A DNA stretch of 64,000 nucleotides from Eledone cirrhosa. Taxonomy: Eukaryota. The notes beneath the pieces were generated by a model. That model ran no database searches and was not told where the DNA came from. It saw only the letters and a list, made by a program, of their open reading frames with translations. The stretch is from assembly GCA_964016885.1 (NCBI GenBank), contig OZ024751.1, positions 25,172,001-25,236,000 of the forward strand, read 5' to 3'. This document shows, piece by piece, positions 14,736-28,240 of the stretch. How positions within the stretch are numbered: the stretch's first letter is position 1; each line of letters starts with the position of its first letter. The position numbers and the translations under genes were made by a program.

Positions 14736-14806
14736 TATTTTGTCTGACGAGGACATGTTCTGTTTTATGTGAGACATAAACCTTGCCTCTTCGAAATATA
14801 TATAAT
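14736..14806 (+). ncRNA. Hammerhead ribozyme disrupted by a SINE
   Basis: tattttgt-CTGACGA-g..tttatgt/gag/acataaa..c-GAAA-tatata-TA; stem I partner atgaaata lies beyond the SINE. Confidence 0.7.
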
Positions 14807-14993
14807 TGTTTCTTCTTTTGGCACAAAGCCAGCATTTAACCCAGTGCATTACTGGTACTTTATTTTATCGACTCCGTAAGGATGAAAGGCAAAGTTAGCC
14901 TCGGAGGGATTTGAACTCAGATCATAAAGGGCCATAACTCTATTCTGCAGCGCATGGGATCCGACCCTCTACCGGTACTGTCAAACTACCGCC
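14803..14993 (-). mobile_element. SINE A inserted into a hammerhead motif
   Basis: 18-bp TSD cttcgaaatat(a/g)tataat at 14789-14806 and 14994-15011. Confidence 0.9.
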
Positions 14994-15057
14994 CTTCGAA
15001 ATATGTATAATGAAATAAATAGAGATGATATAAAGTATATATATTTCGTTTATTACC

Positions 15058-15110
<53 letters not shown>

Positions 15111-15730
15111 ATAAGTGCGGGTACAAACGAATGAAACGAGAATGTTTACACTGTTTCAATACTATGCTATGTTTTAGGTTTTAGCCAATCCTTTATATAA
15201 TAGACAGATTTCCACACCATAACTACACATTTATTACTTCTAGCTATTCAACCGAATGACCAATGCATCAGATTTATAGACTCTTTACCTTAATATTTAC
15301 ATGTTATCTCTTCCATTATAGAAAGAAAGAAAACTAAAAAATAATTAAAATAATGAGTTGTTTGTTTATCGAGAAAAATGAAATATTTCCAATTTCCATT
15401 AATGCGTCTCATTCAATATTTTATTCTAGAATTTCGTTTATATCTCTCTGACTCATTACACTTGCTGAAAGTATATAAAACTTTCAAGAAGTTCTCGCTT
15501 ATATAATATAACAATAGAAGAATTAGTCGGAAATGTTGATTATGAAACATTTGAATAATATTCTTTTCATTTATTATGAAAATAACAATACCATTGTTGG
15601 TTGTTGTTTTTTAATCTTAGGATTTCTAAGAATATTATGTCCATTATCCCCTACACACCCAAAATTAAATTACCATTTTTAGTAAAAATAAGATACAATT
15701 TAAAACATGTTTTATTATACCCCTGCTTAG

Positions 15731-16172
15731 TGCGGTGGGTTGCCAGTATCGGTAGGGTGTCAGACATGATTTGTGGCATATAATTATTTCCCTTTACGTC
15801 CTGATTTTCAAACCCACCGAGGTTAGTTTTGCCTTTCATCCTTGAATGGTTAATTAAATGAAGCACCAGTAATGCACTGGTGTCGATTTAATCGACGTTC
15901 CCCGGCACTAAAATTAATGGCCTTGTGCCTAAAATAAGAAATAATTATAACTCTGCTGACGGTAGTGAATTGCCAGTATCGCCAGCATGTCAGACAACAT
16001 GCTTTGCGGCATATATTCACCTCCTTTTATGTCCTCATTTAAAATCCTGCTGAGGTTGAGCTTTGCCTCTCATCCTTAAGGAGTCGATACAATAAAGTAC
16101 CAGTAACGATTTACTCGACTTTACCCTTCCTTTCAAATTGCGGGCCTTGTACCAAAACAAGAACCATTTATT
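15731..16172 (+). mobile_element. Two tandem SINE A copies (longer subfamily)
   Basis: Two A/B-box heads at about 15731 and 15960 with the shared tttgcct(t/c)tcatcctt core. Confidence 0.8.
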
Positions 16173-16319
16173 ATAATAGACTTATTTTAAAGGCAGTTCT
16201 TAGAATAAATAGAGGATCGGGCAGAATTCTTTCCTAAAGGGAGTTCAAACACTGAAACCAGGCAAATATTGGCAACAATATAATCTAGAAAGCAGGAAAC
16301 ATCATTTAATAATATAAAC

Positions 16320-16880
16320 TGGCACTCCGTCGGTTTCGACACCGGGTGCTTCAGTTGATTCGATCAACGGAACACCCTGTACATGAAATTAACGTGTGGT
16401 TGAACACTTATATAGTTACGTATCCTTAACGTTGTTATCAGGGAGATTCAGCGTGACACAGTATAATCGAGGCTGGCCTTTCGAATTACAGGTACAACTC
16501 TGCAAGATTAGTGGACTGGAGCAACGTGAAATAAAGTATCTTGCTATACAATTATGATAATATTTCATCCATCGTATACACTAACCGCTAAGTCTCGCGT
16601 CTTCACGCTGTGATTATATTAAGATTATATTGGAAAGACGGTAGTTCGTGAGTTCGATTTCCGGCAGCATATTGTATCCTTGGGGAAGATGTTTTATTTC
16701 ATGTTGTTCCTAGAGCATTAAGCTCTACTTGAAATTCATATGACATGTCACGCTGAATCACATAGTGAACTACGCTAAGGATACACGTGTTAGTGGAATG
16801 CCCAGATACTTGGATGACAATTTCATGAGTCAATTTCCGTAGTTCGTACAAGTGAAACTCTCGCCGCCGGAACCGACAGA
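16320..16880. mobile_element. Two divergent, oppositely oriented SINE B-related copies
   Basis: 16320-16545 (-) and about 16640-16880 (+) share the core and tgtcacgctgaatc..taaggatac segments. Confidence 0.6.
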
Positions 16881-17667
16881 GGTCAAACAACCGCTTAATG
16901 GGAGGAAATAGAAAAACTGTAGTTGGGAATCTCCGTTCAATTCTTTAAAATACTCTATTAGAACAAGCAACAGTCAAATCTGTTAAAACGCCCTATAAAT
17001 GAGGATATTATCAGCTACAATCTCTCCCACTTAACCAATATATTAACGGCATTAGAATATCTGGTTTAAATGGATTATTAAAGGCAGCAATGTCCCCTGT
17101 TCCCTCCGGTTTATGTGAAATATTAACTGCACGAAACCTTTCCGGTTGGCACCGATTCAAGTGGAACATTATCTGGCATCAATGGCTCCGGTTTAAGCGA
17201 GACGTTAACGGCATAAATCTATCCGACTCTGTAGAACCAATAAAGATCGTGGGCCCTGCTCCATACCTCAATCCTACGAAGTAAATAAATATGCATAACA
17301 TTTTATGCAGAATAACGTATAGAAAATGTCTTATAATCTATTTAGACATTACAATACTTTAATAAATACGTTTATGTTGCATCCATTGTTGCACGCCTAT
17401 TTAATGTATAAATGTAACATAAATAAATGGAATGTTATTCTGATGTTATACCTGTTTTATAATTAGCAAAACACTGCCAGCTCTGGGGTTATATGTAGTC
17501 TAATTGTTATTTCCTCTATGTATTCTCCGATTACCAAACAAAGCTGTTATATGAACAAAGTTTGCTCTCGTAGTAAACGGGCAACGTCACTTTCGATGGC
17601 AAATCACGCATTATATACATAAATACACACACACACATATATAAATATACATACACACATATTCATA

Positions 17668-17741
<74 letters not shown>

Positions 17742-18172
17742 ACAAATAGTCACATATTCGTATTGCCCAAGGGAAATTACCCTTTAATTTCTTTGTCATA
17801 TAAAATTCTGTTTATTCAGCCGAGTCCAATTGAAATATTTAGCCTAAGATAACTGAATATTAACTGTCTAGAATGATTCCCAAAGATAACGTCATAGGGA
17901 AATCATGAAAACTATACATATATTTAATATAATTGTTTGTCACGCCTCGTAGAGATCTAAAACCAATGTAGCTGTTTCCAATTATTCTGCCATCCCGAAG
18001 AACGTACTTAGCATACAACGTCGCAACGTATTTCATTGGCAGGCGTTACTTTAAAACATTGCCTTGAAGAGATGTAGTTTATATAAAGTCATTTATTGAT
18101 ATCATTTGGTGGAAACGTTAAGTTCCAAGACATGAGACAATAGAGGTAAACGCATATAGACAGACACAGACA

Positions 18173-18305
<133 letters not shown>

Positions 18306-18342
18306 TCTCTCTCTCTCATATATATATATATTTATATATAAA

Positions 18343-18537
18343 AACGAAGGAATTGTGGTAAGGAACCAGATGGACCATAACGCACCAGAGTACTCAATAC
18401 TTAGGGTAGTAGAGTGGGTAATAGGAAAACGTATGACCCCGACGGCAGAGCTAAAGCCGTTTCGATGGCTATTTCTGTTCTGAAATAGCCGTCGAAACGG
18501 CTTGAGCTCTGCCGTCGGGGTCATACTTTTTCCTATT
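18343..18537 (-). mobile_element. Palindromic half-hammerhead element, copy 1
   Basis: Palindrome 18420-18537 plus unique tail; flanked by TA-rich tracts. Confidence 0.8.
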
Positions 18538-18694
18538 TATATATATATATTTTATATATATATATACATATGTAGATATATCAGGATCGAACCAGTTTTA
18601 AACTAGTTAGACCATTACTCGATACGTGGGATAGTAGAGTATAGTTATATTAAAAAGTGCAAATAGATAGATCGATTGGTGGGTAGGTAGATCG

Positions 18695-18784
<90 letters not shown>

Positions 18785-18813
18785 AGATTCTTTGCTTAAA
18801 CTTTAATCTGTTA

Positions 18814-18889
<76 letters not shown>

Positions 18890-19071
18890 TAAAGGTTAAA
18901 CAAGATTCAATCAATAAATCAAAGAATAAAGTTTTACAATAGATTAGAAGCACTCCACAAATATGGTTTTCCGGAGTTATTAATATTAATTCAATTAATA
19001 TTAACAAAAGTAGACATTCGTGTGATCAAGTATATTTTATTATACATATTTCAAAGGTACAGAGTTATCTT

Positions 19072-19114
<43 letters not shown>

Positions 19115-19200
19115 TACACACACACTCACACATATTATATATATATATATATATAGTAACGAAACATAAGTCAATTGCATGGACTCATAATCCTTTATTT

Positions 19201-19256
19201 ATTGCTATATATATTTCGATGATAACCATTGAATGGCTATGACCTCATCAGGCAGT
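19201..19256 (-). ncRNA. Minimal type-I hammerhead ribozyme (same family as 6924)
   Basis: actgc-CTGATGA-stem II-GAAA-tatata-TA-gcaat. Confidence 0.75.
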
Positions 19257-19595
19257 TAGTCAGTTCTTAGATATGTCACCTCTCTGTGTAAAGTGTTGAT
19301 GGTATCAGAGCCTTGGGACATATGAGCTTGTTAGGAATACTTTGATGTTGTCAGCAGGAATAGTCTTGATTCTCATTGGTCAGTTTGTAGATGGTAGTAG
19401 GTTGGTATTTGACCCCAAAGAGGCAGGTGGTTCTGCAAGGTTCAAATGGTCAGGCAAGCTGACAATAGTTCCGCATGACTGATTTTCACAAAAGGCATTC
19501 TTGGTCAGATATATTTTCAAATAAGGTTAATAGTATGAAGTAGATACTACAGGTCATTCTTAAATTGAGGAATTTATGTGGAGTGGTGCTACTGA

Positions 19596-19738
<143 letters not shown>

Positions 19739-20362
19739 GGATATATATATATATATATATATACAAGTGAATGTAAAATTATTTAGTTGTAACAAGTGTG
19801 GAATATGCTTTCTAATTAACACTATATTTTTAGACAGAAAAATGAGAAATGAATAAAAGAAATCAAATAACACAAATATAACGAATATTAAAAAAATATT
19901 TTATTAGCTCATCCTGGATGAATAGATGCTAATGATGTTATTTATCGATAATTATTTTTCCGCTAAGATTTTATTGTAAAATTTATGCCACGTACATTTG
20001 AGGACAAAAAAATGAATGGGGCAAATATATGAAAAAAATAAAAAAACTCCTAGTCAATGAAACGCTGAAAGGAAAATAGTGAACGATTGAAGTTGAAGAA
20101 AATTGTAGCGATGTTGATATAACGAAGTTGGAATAGAATAAGACAGAATGGGAAAAAATAATTGGAACGAAAGATGGTGGAGAGAGAAAATAAGACATGC
20201 GTTTTAAACAGAGGGGGAGAAGACAAAAAGATAGATAGATCAAGACAATTTAGTTAGTGAGAGAGAAAGAAACGGAGCTTGATAATAAGTATATAACGTC
20301 TCATTGAATTTTGAAAACAATTTATTTCACATCGCTCCAAGTCTATCAGCTGCCATAAAATT

Positions 20363-20626
20363 AGTTGTACTTGTAATTCAAACGGGTCCAAACTTGTCCT
20401 ATTCTGTGTCTCACCCAATCTCTCAGAAAATTATATTAAGAGTGCATATGAGTTGCATCTGTAATGCAAACGGGTCTATACTTGTCCCATACTTTGTCTC
20501 ACCCAATCTCTCAGAAAACTAAATTAAGAGTGCATATGAGTTGTACCTGTAGTTCAAACGGGTCTAGACTCGGCCTAGACTTTGTCTCATCCAATCTCCC
20601 AGAAAACCACGTTAAGAGTGCATATG
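20363..20626. repeat. Tandem repeat, 3 x 88 bp
   Basis: Units start agttg at 20363, 20451 and 20539. Confidence 0.9.
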
Positions 20627-21744
20627 TTTGTGGAATACACAGACAGTTTCGTATTTATTTCAGGAGCAAGCTACTTGGCTGTTTGAACAATTAGAACATT
20701 GGCTATCGAGCCGAAGGAAGTCCAACACAGAGACATTCATAACATCTTTCTAAAGCAATAACTATATAGAAGAATTGGTGTAAAATTATATTGGAGTGTG
20801 TGTGGCAGTTTTGGCAGTTATTGTCAATAAAATTCGATAAAGTAGACAGCAGAGAATTGTAAACTTCTTTTTAAAAAATTTGTCTTAACAAATTCCATTC
20901 CAAACAGTAAAATAAAATAATGAAAACATTCAGGAAAAGTTCCGATGATTTTATCATTTTTAAATGGTTGGAAGTAGTATGGAAAAAAAAAATTCGATTT
21001 GCAATCACGTGGTTTGACGTTCGATCATACCTCGCTGTGGCACCATGAAATTTATCATCTAGTCGAGCTTGCTAGCACGCCGTCCATGACGATTAAGCAT
21101 ATGTTTTGAGAGGTCATTAAGGGAGCATCCTGTGTCTCTACATAGTTGTTCGATGTAAGTTAAAGCCGGTCGGCCAACCTTCCTCTGACCGAACTTTATA
21201 CAGAAACCAATTCACAATTAGTAAAATAGTTAACGTACAAATGCAAAGAACCTATTTGTTTTCGTATCGATTAATCGGGGAAGGGGAGTGTGTAGCAGCC
21301 TTGAGCCTTTTCGTCGTGGTATCCGAATCTGTTGGGAGAAAAGATGGAAGGGATGAGAGAAGACGTCTTGAACACGTTGATCCGGCTTGAAACAGTGTAA
21401 ATGACCCTGAAGTTAATCAAGAGCAAAACCAATCAAATGACGGATAAGTCTTCCATTGCAGAAATTAGAACATAAAAAACGGGAAAATACCGCAAAGCAT
21501 CACATTTGATATTGCAACAAATTCGCCAAAACACAACACGACTAGAACTACGAGACCAAAAGGATATAAGGACATAGTAGACTGTGGTAGCATGTTAACC
21601 TGGAGAGAGAGAGAGAAAGAGCTCCTACAAATTCCACATGACATGACATAATAAATCTACCAATCCACTGTCTTGGACTGTTAGTATATTTTATTGACTA
21701 CCGTAAGGATGAAAGACAAAACTAACCACGGTAGCTTTTCAGCA

Positions 21745-21963
21745 AATAATGGTTTCTGATTTAGGCACAAGGCCTGCAATTTGAGGGAGGGCAAATCGAT
21801 TAAATCGACCCCCGTGCGTTACTGGTACTATATTTCATCCACCCCGTATGGATGAAAGGCAAATCTAACTTCGGCGGGATTTGAAATCAGAACGCAGAGG
21901 GACGGAACTCTATGTCATGAAGCATATTATTCGGCGCTCTACCGATACTGCCAATTCACCACC
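21745..21963 (-). mobile_element. SINE A (longer subfamily)
   Basis: Family core and head on the minus strand. Confidence 0.85.
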
Positions 21964-22920
21964 CTCAGCTTTTGAACCAATAATGAAATGAGTCCATAGA
22001 AATTTTACATCAGAAATTCTGCTTCAGACACAAATCTGTCAATCTACTGCCCTGAATTGCTAGCTTATTTTATTAGAAGCAAGATATAACTGACCTCGGT
22101 GACATTTGAACAAAGAACGCAGTGAGATAGAACAAAATGTGAAAAGGCATTTTGTCACACGCTCTAACAATTCTGACGATTCACCGCTGTTTATGTGTAA
22201 TGCTGTGCTAAAATTACTAGGAAAGCTTTACAAGTGTGAAGAACATTAAGATTTATTATTAATATAAATGGGAATAGTGACTGTAGGTGATCACCGATGT
22301 CTGCTCTGTTCGAATCAGAATTGTGAGAATAATGTATAAGACCTTAGAGAAATGAAATATGTTTCTAAATATGAAATGTATACCACTTAAACAGATGTAC
22401 TCTAAATACTTCAATACATCACAAATTTAGTGTGGAATACTCTACATTGTTGGCCACCATATAGAAATTGGAATATAGAAATTGGAATCAGTTGTCACGA
22501 TGTGTGTTTCAGTTGTTCAATCAACGGAACTGCCGACCTCTGAAGTTAAAATGCTGAGGCTGGACATTCCACAGACTCGTGTAACCTAAAACTGATTCTC
22601 AAATAGTTTCACCAGGTCATATTATGTGACAATTCAGACACTTTGAATTACAGGTACAGTTTATTTGACGGGCTTCGAAGTAGTTTCCATATACCCAATT
22701 CCACTCAGTGACAGGGCTTGTGTCGACTTCAGGCTTTGGTAAATGATACTTTCCTAAGATGTCCCGCATTGGGACCAAACCTTGGCCCTAACTATTGTGA
22801 AAGATACTTTTTAACCTTTCTGCTATACTACGTCGACATGCTAAATATATCACAGCAACACCCCTCAAATTACACCATGCAGAAATATACAACATATTCT
22901 AGAGAAATACACCATATTAT

Positions 22921-23262
22921 GTGGAGGTACATGGCTTAGTGGTTAGAGCATTGGGCTTTCAATCGAAAGGTTGTGAGTTCAATTCTCGGACCGGGTGATG
23001 CGTTGTGATTTTGAGCAATACATTTTATTTCACGTTGCCCCAGTTTACTCAGCTGTAGAAATGAGTTGCGATATCACTGGTACCAAGCGGTATCGGCCAT
23101 AGCCTTTCCCTTGGACATCATCGGTGGCGTGGAGAGGGGAGACTGGTAAGTATGGACGACTGTTGGTCTTCCACAAACAATCTTGCCCGGACTTGTGCCT
23201 CGGAGAGAAATGTTCTAGGTGTAAATCCCTTGGTTATTCGTGACCGAAAGAGGTGTTTACCT
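22921..23262 (+). mobile_element. tRNA-derived SINE family B
   Basis: Head tggcttagtggttagag..gagttcaattctc, core ttgagcaa..ttatttcacgttg. Confidence 0.8.
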
Positions 23263-23265
23263 ATT

Positions 23266-23665
23266 TACACACTATTGTAGAGATATACACCATACTGTAG
23301 AGATATACACAATACTGTAGCGATATACACCATACTGTAGCGATATACACTATACTGTAGTCATATACACCATACTGTAGAGATATACACCATACTGTAG
23401 CGATATACATCATATTGTAGAGATATGTACCATATTTAGAGATATATACTATACTGTAGTGATATACACCATACTGTAGCGATATACACCATACTGTAGC
23501 GATATACATCATATTGTAGAGATATGCACCATATTGTAGAGATATACACTATACTGTAGTGATATATACCATATTGTAGAGATATACACCATATTGTAGA
23601 GATATACACCATACTGTAGCGATATACACAATACTGTAGTGATATACACTATACTGTAGTGATAT
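23266..23665. repeat. 20-bp minisatellite, about 20 units
   Basis: Consensus agatatacaccatactgtag; diverged units on both sides. Confidence 0.92.
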
Positions 23666-23754
23666 GTAAAATATACAACAGATTGCAGAGACGTACAACA
23701 CAGTGAAGTAAAGAAAACCATATTGCATTCAAATACACACTATTACACTATTAC

Positions 23755-23822
23755 AGATAAATAAAGTACCAGTAATACACTGTGTAATTGCTGGCCTTGT
23801 GCCAAAAGTAGAAACAATTATT
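23755..23822 (+). mobile_element. SINE A, 5'-truncated
   Basis: 3' end with TSD tattacagataaata. Confidence 0.8.
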
Positions 23823-24645
23823 ACAGATAAATAGATCACATTAATGCCAAATGCTCCATATGACAGTCAAATGTACTACATTGCAATCACGTACATTATA
23901 TTGCAGCGAAATACAGCACAATGCAGCCGATTACATCATGTTGCATCCGAATACACCGTGCTGCAGCGAAACACACCCCACCACATTCAAATACACTACA
24001 ATGCAGTGAAATGCACTATATTCTGTTGAAAACTGCCGTACTACAGTGAAATACACAGTATTGCAGCAGTTTACACCGAATTGCAATCATGCTTGGACAA
24101 ATGCATGTTTGTGTGGATTCATATATGTATCTCGCATTGGCATTTCTGAATACGTTTTTAGCTAAATTCATGGATGTATAAGGGGTGGGCTCGACAAAAC
24201 TCAAGAAACAGTCAGCCATATTAGATACAGTATTCCCATAAATTATCTTTACAACTTCCACCATTCATGAGGGAATGCTCCAACGCACATTGTCAGAAAT
24301 TCAGCAAAGGCTCGATGTCTTGAGTAGAACCAAGGAACTCGACAATGAATAGTTCTGATTCTTTAAATAAAACTATTTGTTTACATATCCTTTCCATTAA
24401 GTCACATACAGTTATCCATCTCTTATTTTATTTTGAATTTTTCAAATTGTAAAGATAATTTATGGGCTCCCTTATTATATTCATCTTATAAATAAGACAC
24501 CCTGCTGCATGTGTGAAATCAGTGCAAGAGTGGATGTTTCTTGTCACTTTTATACTCATAAATCTACAGCCTAACAACAGTAACACCCCTGTCACCCCTC
24601 TCTCTCTGTATATATCTATATATATATATCTATATCTATATATAA

Positions 24646-24704
<59 letters not shown>

Positions 24705-24731
24705 CACACACATATATATATATATACATAC

Positions 24732-24768
<37 letters not shown>

Positions 24769-24792
24769 CATATATAGATTATAAAGTGAAAT

Positions 24793-24980
24793 GGCGGTGG
24801 ATTGGCAGTATCGGTAGAGGGTTGGATGCCATGCTTTACAGCATAGTTACGTCCCTTTACGATCTGAGTTCAAATCCCGCCGAGGTTGACTTTGCCTTTC
24901 ATCCTTACGGGGTCGATAAAATAAAGTACCAGTAATGTACTGGGTAATTGCTGGCCTTGTGCCTAAAGTAGAAACAATTA
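24793..24980 (+). mobile_element. SINE A, full length
   Basis: 16-bp TSD attataaagtgaaatg (24778-24793, 24977-24992); A and B boxes. Confidence 0.92.
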
Positions 24981-25038
24981 TAAAGTGAAATGACAGGACG
25001 CCAAATACATTGAATGTTTTAATTTTTTATTTCTGCAA

Positions 25039-25096
25039 ACACTATACACATTTCAGTGGCCAGGTTGTGTAAGAACCCGGAGACCTCATCAGGTGT
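25039..25096 (-). ncRNA. Type-I hammerhead ribozyme
   Basis: acac-CTGATGA-g..ccgggtt/cttacac/aacctgg..t-GAAA-tgtgta-TA-gtgt. Confidence 0.65.
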
Positions 25097-25318
25097 AAAT
25101 TGCGTAGTAGATGTATACGAATGGAATCGAACGGAGTGATGGTAAACTTTCAGGAAACAAGCAAAGAAAAAGAGAGAGGAAAAAGTGTGTGCAATGTTTT
25201 TGACCCAGAGACGGACGTAGTAGCATGCTTCCACATTGCTCTCCCGCCTCTGAGTTAACGTTGCAGAATGACCAATTCTACCCAATGGTAAACCACCAAA
25301 TTATATATATATATATAT

Positions 25319-25354
<36 letters not shown>

Positions 25355-25455
25355 CCAAAACTGAATACTAACCAATACTATTACTAATTCTCACTTATTC
25401 CTAATTAAACTATTTTTCACTGTGAACAATTTGTTACCATTTTCTTTTCCGTTTA

Positions 25456-25510
<55 letters not shown>

Positions 25511-25831
25511 TGTTCGGTCATAGAATACCACAAGCTTGCGTATTGCGTAAGTTGGATTGATGATTTCGGATTTCATAGAAACATATTGAGCGTATTGCAG
25601 AATATCGTTCGATTTGTCCAGGTCTGTTGTCTAATCTGATTAGTTTCTTCGTTGTTTTGGTATTGAATGGCTGGGTTTTGCCTCCCGCAATTTTCAATTT
25701 GTCAAGCTTTCTAAACGATTGTTATTACTCTGACGGTCTACCCTTATTGAGTGCTTTGATACTCATTCCTAATTGTAGGTCGATTTTGCTTGGCTTCAGC
25801 CAAAGCTTCTATTTTTCTAAGCTTACCCTTG

Positions 25832-25957
<126 letters not shown>

Positions 25958-26072
25958 GTACATGCATACACACTGATTTGTGTCTCATCAAATATTACAA
26001 ATTATTATTCTTTCTAATCTAATATCATTTTTATTTTATTTTAATAGGTGTTCGGCAAAATAAATAAGTGGT

Positions 26073-26252
26073 ATGAATCAACTTCAAGGCATTCACCAGC
26101 GCTACCTGGTGGCGGTGCACCATGAGCGGATGAGTGGATCAAACGCTTATAATAGAGATTCGAAGAAAAGAAGAAACAATAACAATAACAACGATAATGA
26201 AACAGTTATAAGAACTCTTCTGGAATTACTTACACTTGTTGAATTCCCCTAA
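26073..26252 (+). other. Candidate 59-codon upstream ORF in a putative 5' UTR exon
   Basis: ATG-to-TAA ORF MNQLQGIHQRYLVAVHHERMSGSNAY..LVEFP, 25 nt after a T-rich acceptor-like ttttaatag ending 26047. Confidence 0.3.
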
Positions 26253-26351
26253 ATCTTTGTGTCTTGGCGTTGTTGGTGCTTCCCTCCCATTACTTCCTCA
26301 TCTTACTCTTTTTTATTTATTATTTTATTTGTTTATATTCTTCTTCTTCTT

Positions 26352-26417
<66 letters not shown>

Positions 26418-26790
26418 ATCATTTAGAATTTTCATACCGTTTTCTTCTCATTTTCCTTCGTTATTTTATACGCATTTTATTTCCTCTGATAAATTTTTTT
26501 TTTTCAATTTTTAAACCACCCCAAACCTCATCCGCACTGCTTCCTCCTTCACCTCTTCTGCTTCCTAAGCTTCCACTTCCTCTTCCGCCTGCACCTACTA
26601 CTACCGCTACTTTTTTCTTCTTCTGCTTCTCCCGCTTCTGTAGTAGCAATATTAGATAATAATAATAAGTATTATTATTATTATTTTGAAACAAGTATAC
26701 ATATACATACAGACATACACACGTACACAGACACACACACACTCACATAAACGCACACACACATAGACACACAGGTACGCATATATACAT

Positions 26791-26889
<99 letters not shown>

Positions 26890-27046
26890 CCGTATATGTC
26901 TTAGAAAAGACTAAGCCTGGCAGCAGCCTTATTAGAGGGTAGTAACTGAGTATTGGGAACGACTAGCATACTTCCCTTCCCTTCAGATTTCCTGTTTGAT
27001 TGTCGTAGAACCCCTTAATAGGGTTCTGGTATGTCTCAGCCAAGCT

Positions 27047-28186
27047 ATGCCCCGACGTTGTTTACAACAGAAATCAACATTGCCCTTTCAGGCATTGTCT
27101 TCCCCTGCGAGTTCCCCGAAGGTTTTATCTTCAATACCAACCCTGCCTCCCCCCAGCTCACCGCCATCCCCCTCTCCCCCACATTCTCCCACCGCTACAG
27201 CTCTGCTATCTGGCATACCATTAGAACCTCGTCGAAAGGAATCTAAAACGTCTGCTTCCAATATCGTCTCGAACACCATAAATCTCACACCCCCACCTCA
27301 TTTGCCAGCACCGACCCAAGTTTCGAGTACGGCTTCCGGTGGCACCCCTCCCATGACACTGACACCAATAACCGTGAAGACCACAACGACTGCTACGAAT
27401 GCAACTTCCGCTGCAACGACGGGGGCTGCTGCCGTCGCTGCAGCTGCCGCCGTTGTTCTACCTTCATCAGCAACACCCCTGCCCCTGTTGGCCATCCCCC
27501 GGAACTCGCATCCTAACATTAGCACCACTTTATTCCCTTCTAATAAAACTAGTAGCAGTAGCAACAACAACAATAACTGTTCGCTTCAAGCAGCTAGTTC
27601 CTCCTTCACTTCTGCTAACGCTTCTTCCGTTGCGAACGGCAGTAAACTTGCAGCCTTTATCCGGATGTCACATCAATACCAGGACACATCGAAACCAAAA
27701 ATATTTTCGTCGAATTCATCATCTCGCACGATGGGTGGTAGGATATTCCAGCGGCGATCTGCTGTCACCCGATCTAATATGAATACTGGGCGGCGTTATT
27801 CAACGAGAGATAACACCGAAGAGAGAGAAAAAGTCGCCAGAAGTATTTTTGGTGACGTGCCGTTGACAGGCTTGGAGCGGCGTTATTTAACAGCAGCAAC
27901 CGACGGTAACTTAGCACAGATACAGCAGTATATTATGGAAGGTGTTAACGTCAACTGCAGGGATTACCTTGGACGTACTGCACTGCAATTAGGATTACAA
28001 GGAGATCATTATGAAGTAACAAAATTTCTGCTTGGTCATTGTAATTTGGACGTTATCGAAGAAGGTTTGTTGCACGCCATCAAGCTGGAGAATGTACGAA
28101 TATGCGATATGTTTCTCAACCATCCAGTTTACGCCGACGAAAGGAACCGAAGGAGGCTGGAATTCCAGCATGGATTTTACGACCAG
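27047..28186 (+). CDS. TRPC3/6/7-like channel, first coding exon seen (long low-complexity N-terminus plus ankyrin repeats)
   Basis: ATG at 27047 (MPRR) after a pyrimidine-rich acceptor cttcccttcccttcag ending 26986; ERRYLTAATDGN..VNVNCRDYLGRTALQL..HYEVTKFLL matches TRPC ankyrin repeats 1-2; donor CAG|gtaatc at 28186/7, phase 0. The start codon is uncertain because the frame is open from 26987. Confidence 0.88.
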
Positions 28187-28240
28187 GTAATCATAGAAAT
28201 TATTTCTATTATTCTGTTACCCATTTCCTTAGACTATGCC

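Noticed and set aside
22921-23000. tRNA gene
   Set aside because: A and B boxes lead into a SINE body; no complete cloverleaf or terminator; the same applies to the SINE A heads
23266-23665. Regular repeat array as CRISPR
   Set aside because: Head-to-tail units with no unique spacers, in a eukaryotic context
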